From the NCBI GenBank assembly GCA_964247055.1, contig OZ176059.1, positions 124,001 through 188,000 on the forward strand: a stretch of DNA of 64,000 bases. The letters are read 5' to 3'. The notes beneath the pieces were generated by a model that saw only the letters and a program-made list of their open reading frames with translations, ran no database searches and was not told where the DNA came from. Positions 25,801 to 39,125 of the stretch are shown here, one piece after another. Position numbers and translations under genes: made by a program. Source of the stretch: Paragordius varius. Taxonomy: Eukaryota; Animalia; Nematomorpha. Within the stretch, counting starts at the first letter, position 1, and every line of letters starts with the position of its first letter.

Positions 25801-28800
25801 TTATTAAACAACACTTGTATTTAATTGTATAATAAGATTTACTTGGTGGCCGTTTTCTACATCTACATTCTTTACACCCATTAGATTGATAGTATTGACC
25901 GTATCGACATTTTTTTAAGCAATGAGTGCAATCTAAATCATACATTACAAAACCATTTATGTTTCTGTATTAACAATTGATAAATCCATGAAATTTATAT
26001 ATAAACGAAAATCAAACTAAAAACTAACTGAAAATGATTTGAAAAGTAAATTTTAAACTAAAAATAAATGATTGGTGATCCCGTTCTCAAAGTCAAACAT
26101 CAAAAAACAAATATATTAAACAGTGTGGTATTTTAAGCAAGAAACACCTGATAAAATATTGGAATAAAATTGTTTTATACATTTTTATTAATGGCTCTTT
26201 AATAATTTTAATATTAAAAGAGTTTCTAGAATTTAAATTCAAAACAGATATTATGATATATAAAAACATGATTAGATTTTTATGTTTAAGGAAAAGTTAT
26301 TACTCTAATATTCATATAATGTGTTAGTGTGTAAAAATTGACCTTTTTAGAAAACCTTTTATACAAAATTTTGAAAAAATAAAATTATATTATAATATAT
26401 ATTAAAAAATTTTTATATTTGAAAATCAAAATTTTTTAATAAATAATATAAAGTGATGCAAAAATAACATTTCGTAATTATATAGATATCTAAAGTAAGT
26501 TACATGTAAATTTAATCTAAATATATTAATTATATATAAAGGCCTTATTTCAAATAATGAGGATAATTAAAATTAAAAAGACAACATAAAAAGTAAAAGG
26601 TAAAAAAACCATAATTTAAAAAAATTATTGAAATATAAAGATAAAATATCGTTGTGGGTTGTGAAATCAGAAGAAATTTGGCAACGCAATCAATTTTTAT
26701 CTTATATTCGTTATTAATAGTAATAGGACAAATATAAACAATATGTTTTCTTAATATTAGTCTTTAATATTTTATATAAATATACAAACTTATTTAATAA
26801 ATGGGGACTACAATGTATATATGTTCGTTGGTTATAATGATCTATATATATATATATATATCTAAGATAATTAGATCTAATGTATTCACATATATCAAGG
26901 TAAGATGTTTGCTTTTATACAATTAACTCAAGGTATAATAATTATAGGCACACGTGGTAGTGAGGTTATAATAATAAAATACTACACACATAATTTAAGA
27001 GGTTAATTAATAATATTTAACGAATGTTGTTGGTGCGGTTAATCTAATTATCTAATAAAAGGTTCATTTAAATTAGCCTGTCAGTTACCACTATAACATA
27101 TCTATCCTCTTCTAACGGAAGCGGGCAGGTTTATGACGACTTCTTGTCGGGTACCGTCGTTCTTGTGTTTTAGCGGGGGAGTAGATTGTCGCAGATTGGG
27201 TATTATCATTATTTGGACTTTCGGCTGTCTGGGTAATCGGTTCGATTTCGTCCCTTGAATTGATCGTGTTTGGTTGCGTTTCAGAGATTGTTCCATCATC
27301 CGTGGCAGTGGTTACCTCCTCCTAATTTGTGTTGCTGGAAGTGGTAGGTTGTGGTTGTTGTGGCTGGTGTACTATTTGGTCAGCGTGTTTCCTCACAACT
27401 TTGTCCCGGTCCTTGTTTCATATCTTGTATGAAAATAACCCTGAGCGGTCCTACCAGAACCTGCGACAACCAGCTCCCCCACAAAAATACAGGAACGACG
27501 GCATCCGACAAGAAGTCGTCAGAAACCCGCCCGTTTTCGTTAGAAGGGGGTAGTGATGTTATAGTGGTAACTGACAGGCTAATTTGAATGAACCTTTTAT
27601 TATACTATTAGATTAAAACCTTGTTATATATTATATTCACAACACACCCACCCAACAAGTGTCCAGCCTGGAGACGATCCTGCAACAAATGCGGAAAGCC
27701 GAACCATTTTGCTAGGATGTGTGTGGCCAGAGACAAAGACCCAACTTTAATAGATTGAAGGAAGTCAAGGTAGGTCGTAATGCGCAAACACCCTTACTGA
27801 TAACATTAGTAATAAACGGTTTAAAAACTCTTTATCTACGATACCGGTTCCGATATTAGTGTAATAAACTTTACAACGTGGGAGCAAATTGGTAAACCCA
27901 AGCTAAAACCAACACCACTAGTGAAATCTTTCAATAACACGACAGTGCCAATGATGGGGACAGCAAGCGTCAAGGTCCAGGTAAAAGGGAAACAAATGGT
28001 CGGGGACATTTGTGTCCTAAGCAAAAAGATGGGGATGGCACCGCTGATATGTGGACTGGATTGGATGGCGAAATTCCAGATTGAGATGCCACAGGTTAAA
28101 ATAAATTATTTAAAATTGAATGAGATTTGTGAAAATTTTAAAAACTTATTCGAAAATAAGTTAGGGTGTTATAAAGATCCTGTATAAATTCGAATTGCAG
28201 CGAATGCGATCCCGAAAGTGTGGCCATGTCGCAGAATGCCTTCTTCATTAGAAAAGGTGGAGAAAGAGCTGATGAGGCTAAAAAAGTTAGGGATATTAGA
28301 AACGGGTGATCCTAACATTACACCTGTTACATGGGCCACACCTACGGTTAATGTATTTAAACCGAATGGCGAATTAAAAATATATAGTGATTTTAGAGTA
28401 ACAATTAATAAATGGTTGCAAGAAGACTCTCATATAATCCCCACGTTTGATGAGTTGGTGTCGAAAATAGGGGAAGACATAGTAATTATAAATTGTGCAT
28501 CTCTTCGGACAACATTAAAGGGTTGCCCGTCGTCAGTAGTTAAAGGATAAAAAATAGATATACATGTAATAGGTGTTTTCTAATTTTGATTGAGTTTTTC
28601 CATCCGCATACACCTACCGATGGCATTGGCTTGTTTGTTGCAATTCACTGTGGATCACCGATTTGTTCCCACGCTGAGAATCCTAGATACGCTGGAACCC
28701 GTGTACAAAATCATGCGTATCGGCTAATCATTGATTATTATTGTTAATTTATTTTTTTAGAGAAGGGGGTTGGTTCTATATTCATTAAGCAGCTGAACAT

Positions 28801-31800
28801 TGCGCGATTATTTTCTTCTTACAATACATTTGGAAGGTATTCCAGCCTTAGAACTTATAAATTCCTTATCCCTGGACTACCAGGTGAATAATTCAAGCCA
28901 TATAATCGACACTTGTATTTGTTTCAATTTATTATTGTGTCAATTGAGGTGCCCTTACGTAGTTGATGGCAATGTTTACAACATGTTTTAAGGTTACGAG
29001 TGCGCCTTCCCACATGGCGTTGGGAAATCTGGTGAGCAGAACTATTTCTAAGTTTTAGGCCCTGAAATGAAAGCGTTGCTCCTTTTTTCAAAAACATCAA
29101 GCTTGAAATTGCATTTTACGGCTTCCTTTTTGAATCGTATCAAGAAATCTCTAAATTTTTTATTATGCATACGGGGAAGCTTTACGAAATTTAAGGCCCG
29201 TAAATATTTTCACTTTTTGACTCGTAAATTTATCGGTCGACTTCTGCGATATATGGCCAGGTGGTGCTGTCCGGAAGATTCAGAATAATAAATAATTCTA
29301 AATTTATTTGTCATTGACACTGTGTTAAGTTAGATCCTACTGTCGTAGACCTAAACGCACCTATATAATTATAAAAACTTATAACTCTTTGTGATACATC
29401 TAGTTAATGTTAATTGTAGCTTCAAGCAAAATAGTTAGCATATAATTCTTGTATTATAATATCACAGACACATGTTTGATTTTGGTATTTAATAAATGTT
29501 TTCTTTGAAATATAACTTTACTTCTATTATTGGCGCGGTCGATGAACCTGGCGAAAATTTCTCTGGCTTTGATGAAAAGGAAAATTTTGACCGATACGTT
29601 AATACATTCAGCGAACGCTAGCTGCAAAAAAACATGACGCAAAGCGACAACTATTGCAAGACGTTATTTGCTTACGCAGGAATGTCGGTCACAAAGAAAT
29701 TCGAACAATTCCTTTTCCCAAATTCGCTTGATAATACCTACTGGCGGACATCATTGAAGCCGGCAGGAAAATCTACGAATTGAAGAGGACAAATATATTC
29801 CAGGCCAGATTTAATTTCTTATAACTTCATCGGAAATAAAATGAAACATTTAAGGAATTCCTTTTACGAGTCAAAACGAAGCCGCAAAATGCAACTTCAA
29901 GCTTGTGCCATCGATGAAAACATGCGCGACGCGTTCATTGCAGGCCTGGGAGTAAAAAAAATTAAAACTAGATCTGTTTACTAGATTCCCCGATGCCATG
30001 TGGGAAAAAGAAACCGTAACCCTGAAACAAGTGGTAGACATTGCCCTCAACTATGAAAAAGCACATCAACTAACAACAATAGATGGCCAGATATTGCAGA
30101 CTACAGCTCGGAAATACCAAAACAAGTGTCGATTCTGCGGGTTAGGTCATGCACCCGGCAGATGTCCAGCTTGGGGCAAGCATTATAAGTGCCAAGGCTG
30201 GAATCATTTCCAATCGTGCTGTAAGAAGAAAAGGATTAGCAACGTTCAGCATGTCAAATCTATATCCACCCCCAAGATACCAATAATAATAAATGGCAAG
30301 CCAATACGCCTGATTATAGACACAGTTTCAAGCGTATCTCTAATTGATTGTCAAGCGTGGGAAAAAATTGGGGAGTCCGAGTTGCAACAAACAGGCCCAG
30401 ATTTGTATAGCTATGGTGGACAAAGAATCAATTCCAGAGGTAGGTTTATGGTCAGGGTACAATGCGATGGTGAAACAAAATCTTTGGCGTGTATGGTTGT
30501 AAGCGGCAAGAAGGATTCCAGCAGTTCTTGGTTGGGATTGGCTACAAGAATTCCCGAATCCCATAAAACAGTTTATATATTGTCGTAAATGTTTTAATAA
30601 TAATATATTTGAGGAAAATTCACTTGTTAGTAAAATTTAATTCACTTTTTTGTGAAAAATTAGGGTGTTTCACTGAAACCCCTATCAAACTTTATTTAAA
30701 AAACAATACAAAACCAAAAGTTTTTAAGTGTCGCCGCATCCCGATACCGTTAAAAGAAAAAGTCGACTCTGAAATAAGAGACTTTTAGAAGCGGACATGA
30801 TAAAACCATTAGACCCTACGACTGAGCTAACCTGGGCCACCCCATTGTTTGTATAACAAAAGCGAGGGGTGCTTTAAGGTTATGTGCAGATTATCGTGTT
30901 GCAATAAATCCACATCTAGTAGATGACAGTCATAATATACCGACGAATTAGGATTAGGAAAATCCTTTTCGGTAATCGATTTGAAAGACGCATATCTGCG
31001 ATTCCCAATAGATCAAGAAAGTCAAAAGTTACTAACAATTACCACACCCCTAGGGTATTTTACAAAAATTCCCTTTAGCCTAACAAGCGCCCCTTGCATT
31101 TTTCAAAGATTAATGGATAAGATTTTAGATGACTACCTAGGAACAGCTGTATATTTAGACGTATTTTAATAACAAGAAAAAACCGAAATGAACATAAAAG
31201 AAACTTAGTAAAGGCAATTAAGCGTCAAGACGAATCTGGTTTGAAATTAAGTAAAAGCAAACTAAAACTTTTTCAACAGCATGTAAGCTATTTAGGATAT
31301 GTTATATCAAAAAACGGCATATCACCAACCGCCGATAAAGTTAAAGCCATACAAGACTTCCCAAGACCCACTGATAAAACAACACTCAAGTCCTTCTTAG
31401 GCTTAATAAATTTTCACACTCGATTCCTCCCGAAATTGTGGAAGTTTGGCTATACTTCACGACCTTAGCAGTTATAAAAAACGCTGGCTATGGACCAAAA
31501 ACCACGAGGACTGTTTTAACAGAGCCAAATTAAATATGTCATACTGTTAAACTAACTCCGTTAAACCCTGAGTTACCTATAATAATCGAAACAGACGCCT
31601 TGAATAAAGGGTACGGAGCAGTGTTACCACAGACCACGCAGGAGGGCATAAATAAACCCATTGCCTACGCATCTAGAAAGTGGTCCAAACCCGAAGATAA
31701 TTATTCAGTGATTAAAAAGGAATCACAAGCCATACCTTTCGCTTTTGAAAAATTTAGAACGTTCATTACGGGGAAGAAGTTTGAATTGCGTACTGATCAC

Positions 31801-34800
31801 AAACCACTAATAAAGCTGTTTGGAAATAATCGTAAACTAGACCAAATAAATAATTCCTAGCTATTACGTTGGATATATAAAGCTAGCGAATTTAATTACA
31901 ACCTACGGTACATTAAAAGCCACGAAAACATTGTACATCCATTGTCCCGCATGCCGACAGAACCACAACAACAAAACACAGAAAGCTTTCAAACAGCAAA
32001 ACATGTAAGATTTGACAATAGTAATCTATTCAATATAAATCGTGACCATATTAGAAGCCAGACCGAAACCGACTCTGTAAACAGGTAATAAGGGCACTAA
32101 GAACAAACAACTGGTCCAATAAAATATTACATCCATTCCACAGTTTTAGAAAGGAAATTGAAAAATACATACGGGTTATTATATTGGCATGATAGATTAA
32201 TAATTCCTGAATCTCAAAAAATAAATATCTAACAATTATTACACGTCGGACACCCCGGGTCCAAAGCAATGTACGAACTAGCAAAATAAATTATCTTTTG
32301 GCACAATATGGAAAGCGACATAAAAAAGTGGGTAGATTTATGTAAAAAGTGTCAAGAAAACCGTCCGATGCGAAAACTGAATCCCACATACAATTGGAAC
32401 ACTAATACAGCAATATGGGAAAGATTTCTAGATATAGCAGGCCCGATAGACAACTCTTATTGGATAGTTCTTATTGACAGTTATTCTCGATGGGTCGAAG
32501 TTAAACTATCGAAAATGATATCGATTAAATCTTAAATTTCCTAGACGAATGTTTCAGTCGATATGGATCTCCAAGAATGATAGTAACCGACAACGCGTCT
32601 TACTTTACATCTGAGGAGTTTAAAAAATTCATGGAGGGAAACATTACACATGTAACATCAGTTCCCTATCATCCAAAAACTAACGGAATGGTGGAACGAG
32701 TGATTTATACCCTCAAAACACATTATCAGTCAGCAGAAGACGGTGACCCACAATCAAAAATAAATAACACGCTTTGGGGATACCGCACTAACATACACAG
32801 TGCTACAAATACATGTCCTGCTCAACTTTTCCCAAAATGTACCCCACTCAATCCAATCACATGGCTACAATATAAACAAACAGACTTCTTAGACGATGTA
32901 CAACCGTATCACGAATACCATAAAAACGAAAAAGTATATATAAAAAATGAACTAGCGAATGATTGGCGAGAAGGAAATGTAAATAAACGACTCGGATCAC
33001 TCTCATATGAAATACGAGATGATAACAAAATCATCCGAAAACACGCCGATCAATTGAGACCAAGGGAAGGAGGTGAAAGAATAATGGGAAAGACAATTTG
33101 GCCCGAATAAACTCCACCATCTCATGACCTATATGTCAGAAACTCTACTGCAACGACCGAAGCCCCGACCTTACCTCGGCCCCAACCCTCGGAACCCATC
33201 ATTGAGTTGCCATCCCAACAAACACCCACTATAGCAACTACCACTGACACTCATACAGAACGGCGATACCCTACAATCCGACAACCACTAGATAGATATC
33301 AAGGATAAGGAAAGAGGGATGTTAAGTTAAATCCTACTGTCGTAGACACATTATAACTCTTTGTGATACACCTGTTAATGTTAATTGTAGCTTCAAGCAA
33401 AATAGTTAGTTTGTAATTCTTGTATTATAATATCACACACACATTGATTTCTGGTATTTAATAAATGTAATATAACTCTACTTCTATTACACTGTCAAGG
33501 GAAAAATAACACCCTACAATTATTTTCGCTTGTCGTCATGTTTTTTGCAGCTCACATTCGCTGGATGTACATGACATAACGGTCGAAATTATTCTTTTTA
33601 TCAAATGGTACCAAAGATACTTCTGCTAGGTTTATGATGGATTTGATATCGAAAATACAGCTAATAAAATTAAATATTAACATAAGCTCATAATTTCATT
33701 TATATACAAAATGTCTTGGCTTGAGGAAGCAATTAATGTTATGAACTGAGTGTAAGTGCTTTAATTACGTACAATAATATAGGTGCGTTTGTGTCAACAT
33801 TGTTATCTGACATAAATTTTACCCTGTGACCAATATCTATCTGACAGGTTGTGGACATTACCCTTAACTAAGTAAGGCACACCAAATTACACAATAATAG
33901 ATTGCAACAAACTTCATACAACAGCTCAAATATAACAAGTTTCTACCCTGAAGCTTGGATTATGCACCCCAACCATAACCAGATTGGGGTAAGCAATGTT
34001 GCACGTGCCAAGGTTGGAGAGGCGAACATAATAAAACCAACAATGACCCAACCGCTCGAAGGAATTAACCTGGACCAACAAAAGCGAATGGTGCTTAAAG
34101 GTTAAATGCAGATAATCGAATTACAAACCCCCCCTCCCATCTTGTATATAAATGCCACAATATACCGACATTCAATGTATTATTATTCAAAATAAGATAA
34201 AGGGATGCTCTGTAATCGATTTAAAAACGTCTAATTATAATTGCCAATAGATCAAGAAAGTTAATTACCAATTCAACACCACTGTTTCAAACACAAAAAA
34301 CTTCCTTAGTCTAACAAGCGCCCCTGTCTTTTTTAAAGACTAATGGATAAAATAATAGGTGAGTGCGCAACTCAGTAATTGGATGATTTAATAACGAAGG
34401 GGACGAAATAAATAAAAAGAATGTTTAAACATCTCGACAAATCGGGTTTATAATAAGGTAAAATCAAACTAAAATTTTAATCCATCTTTACAGAAAGTAT
34501 AACGTTTTGCCGGTTATACGAATCTTGGAGAACATATCGAATGCAACATTCGTTTAGGAACCTCGATCCATTGAGAATAACTGTCAATAAAAACTATCCA
34601 AATACCAGGTCTGCAATATCTATATGTAGTCGCTCTCACATTCCTATATTCGTGTTCTAACTGTGTGTAGGGTTTAATTCGCATCGGTCGGTTTTTTGAC
34701 ACTTTTTAATCTATTTACCCACTTTTTCATTCCGTTTCCCATGTTTTTCCGAAAGAATCGCAATTCCTGAGTTTAAGTTGATATTCGAGAATAATTCATT

Positions 34801-36391
34801 TATCATACCCTTCATTTCAAAAATTTAAAAATCGGAACAACATTTTATTTGTTACTTGTTTTTAGTGCATACAGTAAATATGATCGCGTTAAAAAGATTA
34901 CTTTGATGAATCTTACATCTTCTGCTGTTTGAAGATTTTCTGTGTCTTGTTGTTGTGCTACTGTGGGCATGCGCGATAATGGATTTGCAATGTCGCGACA
35001 AATGATGTACCGTAGAGTAATTAAATTCTAAAGCTTTATATATTGAACATGGTAGTTTGGTATTGTTTTTATATAATTAACAATATTTCCGAAGAGTTTT
35101 GTCAGCGATTTGTTATCAGCAGGTAATTTAAACATCTTCCTTGTCATAAAATTTTCGATCAAGTGAAAAGTATGGCTCGTGCTCTCCTGGCATTCATAAT
35201 TTTCTTCGGGCTTCGACCACTGTCTTATGTAGGCAATGGGCTTATTTATGCCTTCCACGTGGTCTGTAGCAACACTGATCCTTACCCTTTATTCAATGCA
35301 ATTGTATCGATTATACTTGGCTTAGGGTTGAACGTGGTCAGTTTAACAATATGTCATATAAGATTTTGGCATCTCTGAGTTTTCAAAGGTTTTTATAACT
35401 GATTAGATCAGATAGGTCAAATTTTCATATTGGTAGTTTGTTAAAAAGTGTTTTATCGGTGTATGTTGGGAAGTCTTGCTTGACTTTAACTTTATCGGCG
35501 ACTGGTGAGATGACAACTTATTACTTTAATTTTTATTTTAATTAGATGAAACAAACAATTAAAATATGTGCAAGAAAAAGGCTATTACACATATCTATTT
35601 TTATTTATTGCCGCCTACGGTAACCTTTATAGTTGTCCAGAAATTTACATTTCAATTACTATACTTTGAAACGTCTACAGTAAAAATTGAAATTATACGA
35701 ACAAAACGTTAAAATATAAAGAATATTTTTTTTAAAAGACAACCAAACTTAAATCTTGATTATATCAAATCTAACTCATCGTTTAAGATACATAGTTTGA
35801 AATAATATATATTCTAGCACAATAAATATAGGAAAAATAAGGTTTGAAAAAGATTGTCTTTTGAAAAAATATTTGTCGTTTAATTTTGATGTTGTGTCCG
35901 TATAGTTTTAATTTTGACTGTATATTTGCATTTTTATACCATTTAAAATAAGTTTTGTTTTTCAAATTTTTATTTTATAAGTCGGAATGGATGGACAAAC
36001 ATGTACTAAAGACTAGCTTTACTACAATAATCCTTATACCATTTATATAAAATTTAATTTCAATTTCATTGATATTCGGAATAAATGTAAATTAAGAAAC
36101 TGATAACTCACTATATGATGATTAAATTCTTCGACTTTTTTTCATTATATTTAAGTATTAAAATCATCATATTCCTGCATGACCCAAAACAATATGTTAT
36201 AAAATGTTGCAAAAAAGTGGTTAAATTATAAAAATATATTATTGTTTTATTTTTACAACTTAAATTATTACTGTATTTTTAATTTATTATATTAAACTTA
36301 CAATATGGAAAACATTTGCATTCTTTACATTCATCCCACAAAGCTATTTCGAACGGTCCGCATAACTGTGTGCACTCTTGTTCGGTACAAT
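22862..36391 (-). CDS. Antistasin-like cysteine-rich repeat protein (putative secreted serine-protease inhibitor); 5' exon(s) unresolved
   Basis: Exons 36391-36302 (CTEQECTQLCGPFEIALWDECKECKCFPY), 25932-25843 (CTHCLKKCRYGQYYQSNGCKECRC), 24231-24136 (PCPTRPPCNIRCAYGLAVDSNGCQLCEC) and 22989-22862 (CPDLPCFKFIKCAYGLRTDGRGCPICAC...*). All introns are phase 1 GT-AG. The C-x-C-xxx-C-xYG...DxxGCxxCxC antistasin pattern is clearest in exons 3-4. Confidence 0.85.
26657..27440 (-). mobile_element. Gypsy LTR retrotransposon 3' end (post-integrase tail, PPT, 3' LTR)
   Basis: Minus frame SYKI..KVVRKHADQI...QERRYPTRSRHKPARFR*, then a purine tract and an LTR beginning TGTTATAGTGGTAAC at ~27098. The distal LTR boundary is approximate. 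Confidence 0.75.
27440..28480 (+). mobile_element. Gypsy fragments: inverted copy of 3' end and LTR start, followed by gag zinc knuckle, protease and RT N-terminus
   Basis: QERRHPTRSRQKPARFR*, PPT TAGAAGGGGG and LTR TGTTATAGTGG at 27557. Then CNKCGKPNHFARMC (CCHC), YDTGSDISV (aspartic protease) and WATPTVNVFKPNGELKIYSDFRVTIN (RT). Confidence 0.85.
28480..29322 (-). mobile_element. Gypsy gag-protease fragment, distal half of an element interrupted by the 29323-33491 insertion
   Basis: The reverse complement aligns with the gag/protease region at 29700-30400 (including IRMILYTGSSVS). It joins in register with 33492-33870 across the inserted element. Confidence 0.75.
29323..33491 (+). mobile_element. 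Full-length but degenerate Ty3/Gypsy LTR retrotransposon (~4.2 kb)
   Basis: 5' LTR 29323-~29530 and 3' LTR 33320-33491 (TGTTAAG...CTTCTATTACA). PBS TGGCGCGGTCG; PPT AAGGAAAGAGGGA. Order is gag CCHC, protease (IIDTVSSVS), RT (LKDAYL, YLDVF), RNase H (KFELRTDHKPL), integrase (LDIAGP, VTDNASYF, NGMVER). Many stops and frameshifts. CTG is duplicated on both flanks. Confidence 0.93.
33492..33870 (-). mobile_element. 5' LTR and gag start of the interrupted minus-strand Gypsy
   Basis: The reverse complement matches 29540-29700 and contains AAACGCACCTATATTATT, shared with the 29323 LTR. Confidence 0.7.
33880..35530. mobile_element. Further Gypsy pol remnants (plus-strand RT 33880-34480; minus-strand RT/RNase H/integrase 34480-35530)
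   Basis: Homologous to 30760-31250 and 31300-32560 (IVFIDSYSQWIEV, GINKPIAY, LPADNKSLTKLFG). Confidence 0.8.
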
Positions 36392-38000
36392 CTTTAGAAT
36401 AATATATCAATATATTATATAAATAATTAGGCTTAAATTTGCAAAATATATAAAAAATTAAGCGTTTGTTACCTATCATTTTACAGAAAAAATCAAATTT
36501 ATACGGACAAAACGTAAAAATATAAAGACAATTTTTTTTAAAAGAACTCCATACTTTTTACATATTGATTTTTTTAAATATAACTCATTGTTTAAAATGT
36601 AATGAAATAGGAGATTGGTAACACAATCAATTATATTTTTAACATTTGTAATCAAATGATGTTTATAGGATAAATTAAGGTTAAAAACGTATGGTTGTAT
36701 TTTTATAAAAATCGGTGTTTATAAAATTTCGATTTTTAATGCATATAAAAATGTTAAATAATTTGTTATCACACTAAAGAGCAGACAAATAAATTTTATA
36801 GAAAATTTAAATGGACCTAAGTATTTTTTTTCCAAAATAATATTGGTTCCGGTTCCATCCAGTCAAATGGTTTTAATTTTATTCTTTGAATTAAGGTTAA
36901 GCCTATTTTTTATTTAAGTGCATAAAATATCACAAAATAAAAGCATATAAACTAACTTGTAATGTGCTGTTTTTTCTAAAAAATCGAAAAGCACGATTCA
37001 TTTTAATAACAGATAAAAATAAAAAAATACCGTTCAACTTGTATTTTGTTAAAAATGAAACTTCATTTTTATTTACCGTTTCCAACCCTGTAAACCTATT
37101 TGATTTCCAAAAAGGCTAATGGTTCCAGTTTTACAAAAACGGTTTTGGTACCCCCTGTTTAAAAAAGTTAAAATTTTCAATTCGCATTAAATTCTTTAAA
37201 AGTAAATGACTTACTATTATTAGTATTGTGGTAGTAACCATTAACAAGGAATAACTGTGAAAAGAAGAATGTTTCCAACACGATACAAAACATTTTTTTA
37301 GTTTATAATTTTTTGCCAATCGAAAATTTAAACAAAATTATAATCCAACGAATGTCTTTTTTAGTCAAAATAACTTGAGTCTTATCTATTACATGTAAAT
37401 ATATATATATATATATGTACTATATCATTTGAATATTAAGAGTTGGCCAAAATTTATATATAAATGACTGGCTATACAAGGACATGTTGCCAAAAGAAGG
37501 TCCGTTTAAATTTTTTTCTTTGTTAACAAGTTATACAACATACAGCTTTTCACAACCGACATCCTAAATATTTTAACAAAAATTATATAAGGGATGCCAA
37601 TTTTAAAATTAACTATTAATAATTAATAATGTTTCGAATCATTTTGGCATTACAATTTGCTAACATATAGGTAATATTATTGGCCAGAACTAATAATAAT
37701 AATATATCCGGGTGTTTATAGTATATGAAATTTTAAAAAATGAATATTTTTAACTTCAACCAGCGTTTATTTATAAATTTTAATAATAGATGCAACACAT
37801 AAAACCAAACTGCCATAATTTAATTATATAACTGGAGCAGCCTGAATTTTAATTGCAAATAAATTTGCTTATTTTACATGTAAATTAAAATATTTAGATT
37901 GGCTATGAATGCGATTAAAAATGCAATAAAAATTGATTATATTTCGAATTAATTCGCAATAAATTTTAATTTTGAACGCATTCATAGCCAATGAAATATA

Positions 38001-39125
38001 CAGAGTGTACAGAATCGGGGGTCATGAAAAAATTTTATGATGATTTAAATACATTCTGATAGAAAAATGTATCAGGTATCTGATGGCGTTTGGGGCTTAC
38101 AACTGTTTTAAAAAAGTCATTTACACTATTTCCATATCAGAAAATAGCAAAATTTAAGCACATTTTTTGCAATAAATTTTTTTTGGAAAGCTAATGCTTC
38201 ATTCCAAAAAATATCTCTAAAAATTTATCATAAACTACCTATAAAAGCAAAACAATATTTCAAAAAATTTAAAATTTTTATGTGGGGTCCGAAACCATTT
38301 TTTTTGCTCTATGGGCCAGTTTTCTTAAATTAAACAAAGAAATGCGATGCGCGATAAATTAAATATATGCTAAATTTTATATCAACAAAAAAAATTTTTT
38401 AAAATATAGAACTTATTTAAAAAATTTAATTTTTGCAAAATTTTATTCAAGCCTACTTTCTACTATTTTGAGGGATTATGGAAACGGTATAAAAACGTTT
38501 TGACATTATAAAAACACTTTATATAATATTCTACCTCAGAATTATGATTAAAACATTCGTTCGTCTTCCAGATTATGTAATCAAATTTGTTTTTCATAAA
38601 AATACACCAAAATTTTAAAGCAAACGAGCTTTATATTTAAATTATAGAAATGTTCAGCATCAACTGATTATATATAAAAAGTGTTTTTATATGTCGTTTC
38701 TATAATGCTTCAAAATCGTATATCGTAGGCTTCAACAAAATAATGCAAAAATTAAATTTTTGATAAGAATGCATTTTTTTAATATTTTAGTTGATATCAA
38801 ATTACATATATAATTTATCGGCAAGCTGCATTTTTGCGTTTTATTTAAGAAAACTGTCCCATTTCAGAAGAGGGAAAAAATTGGGACTTTCGGAGCCCGC
38901 ATCAAAAAATGTTTTGGTTTTAATAGGTAGTTTATAAATATATTTTAAACGATATTTTTTGGCACAAAGGATTTGGCTTTAATCAAATTTTTTTTATTAA
39001 ATGTCAAAATTTGCCATTTTCTGATATGGAGCCCCTACCAACAAAACTGTAAATAAATTTCTTAAAACACTTGTAAGCTCCAACCAAAAACACCATGTTC
39101 CTGATGCATTTTCTATCGGAATAAA
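38001..39125. mobile_element. Long-TIR (foldback-like) Tc1/mariner-derived non-autonomous element
   Basis: Starts TA|CAGAGTGT. 38030-38350 is an imperfect inverted repeat of 38850-39125. A related copy with inverted arms lies at ~53190-53990. Confidence 0.6.
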
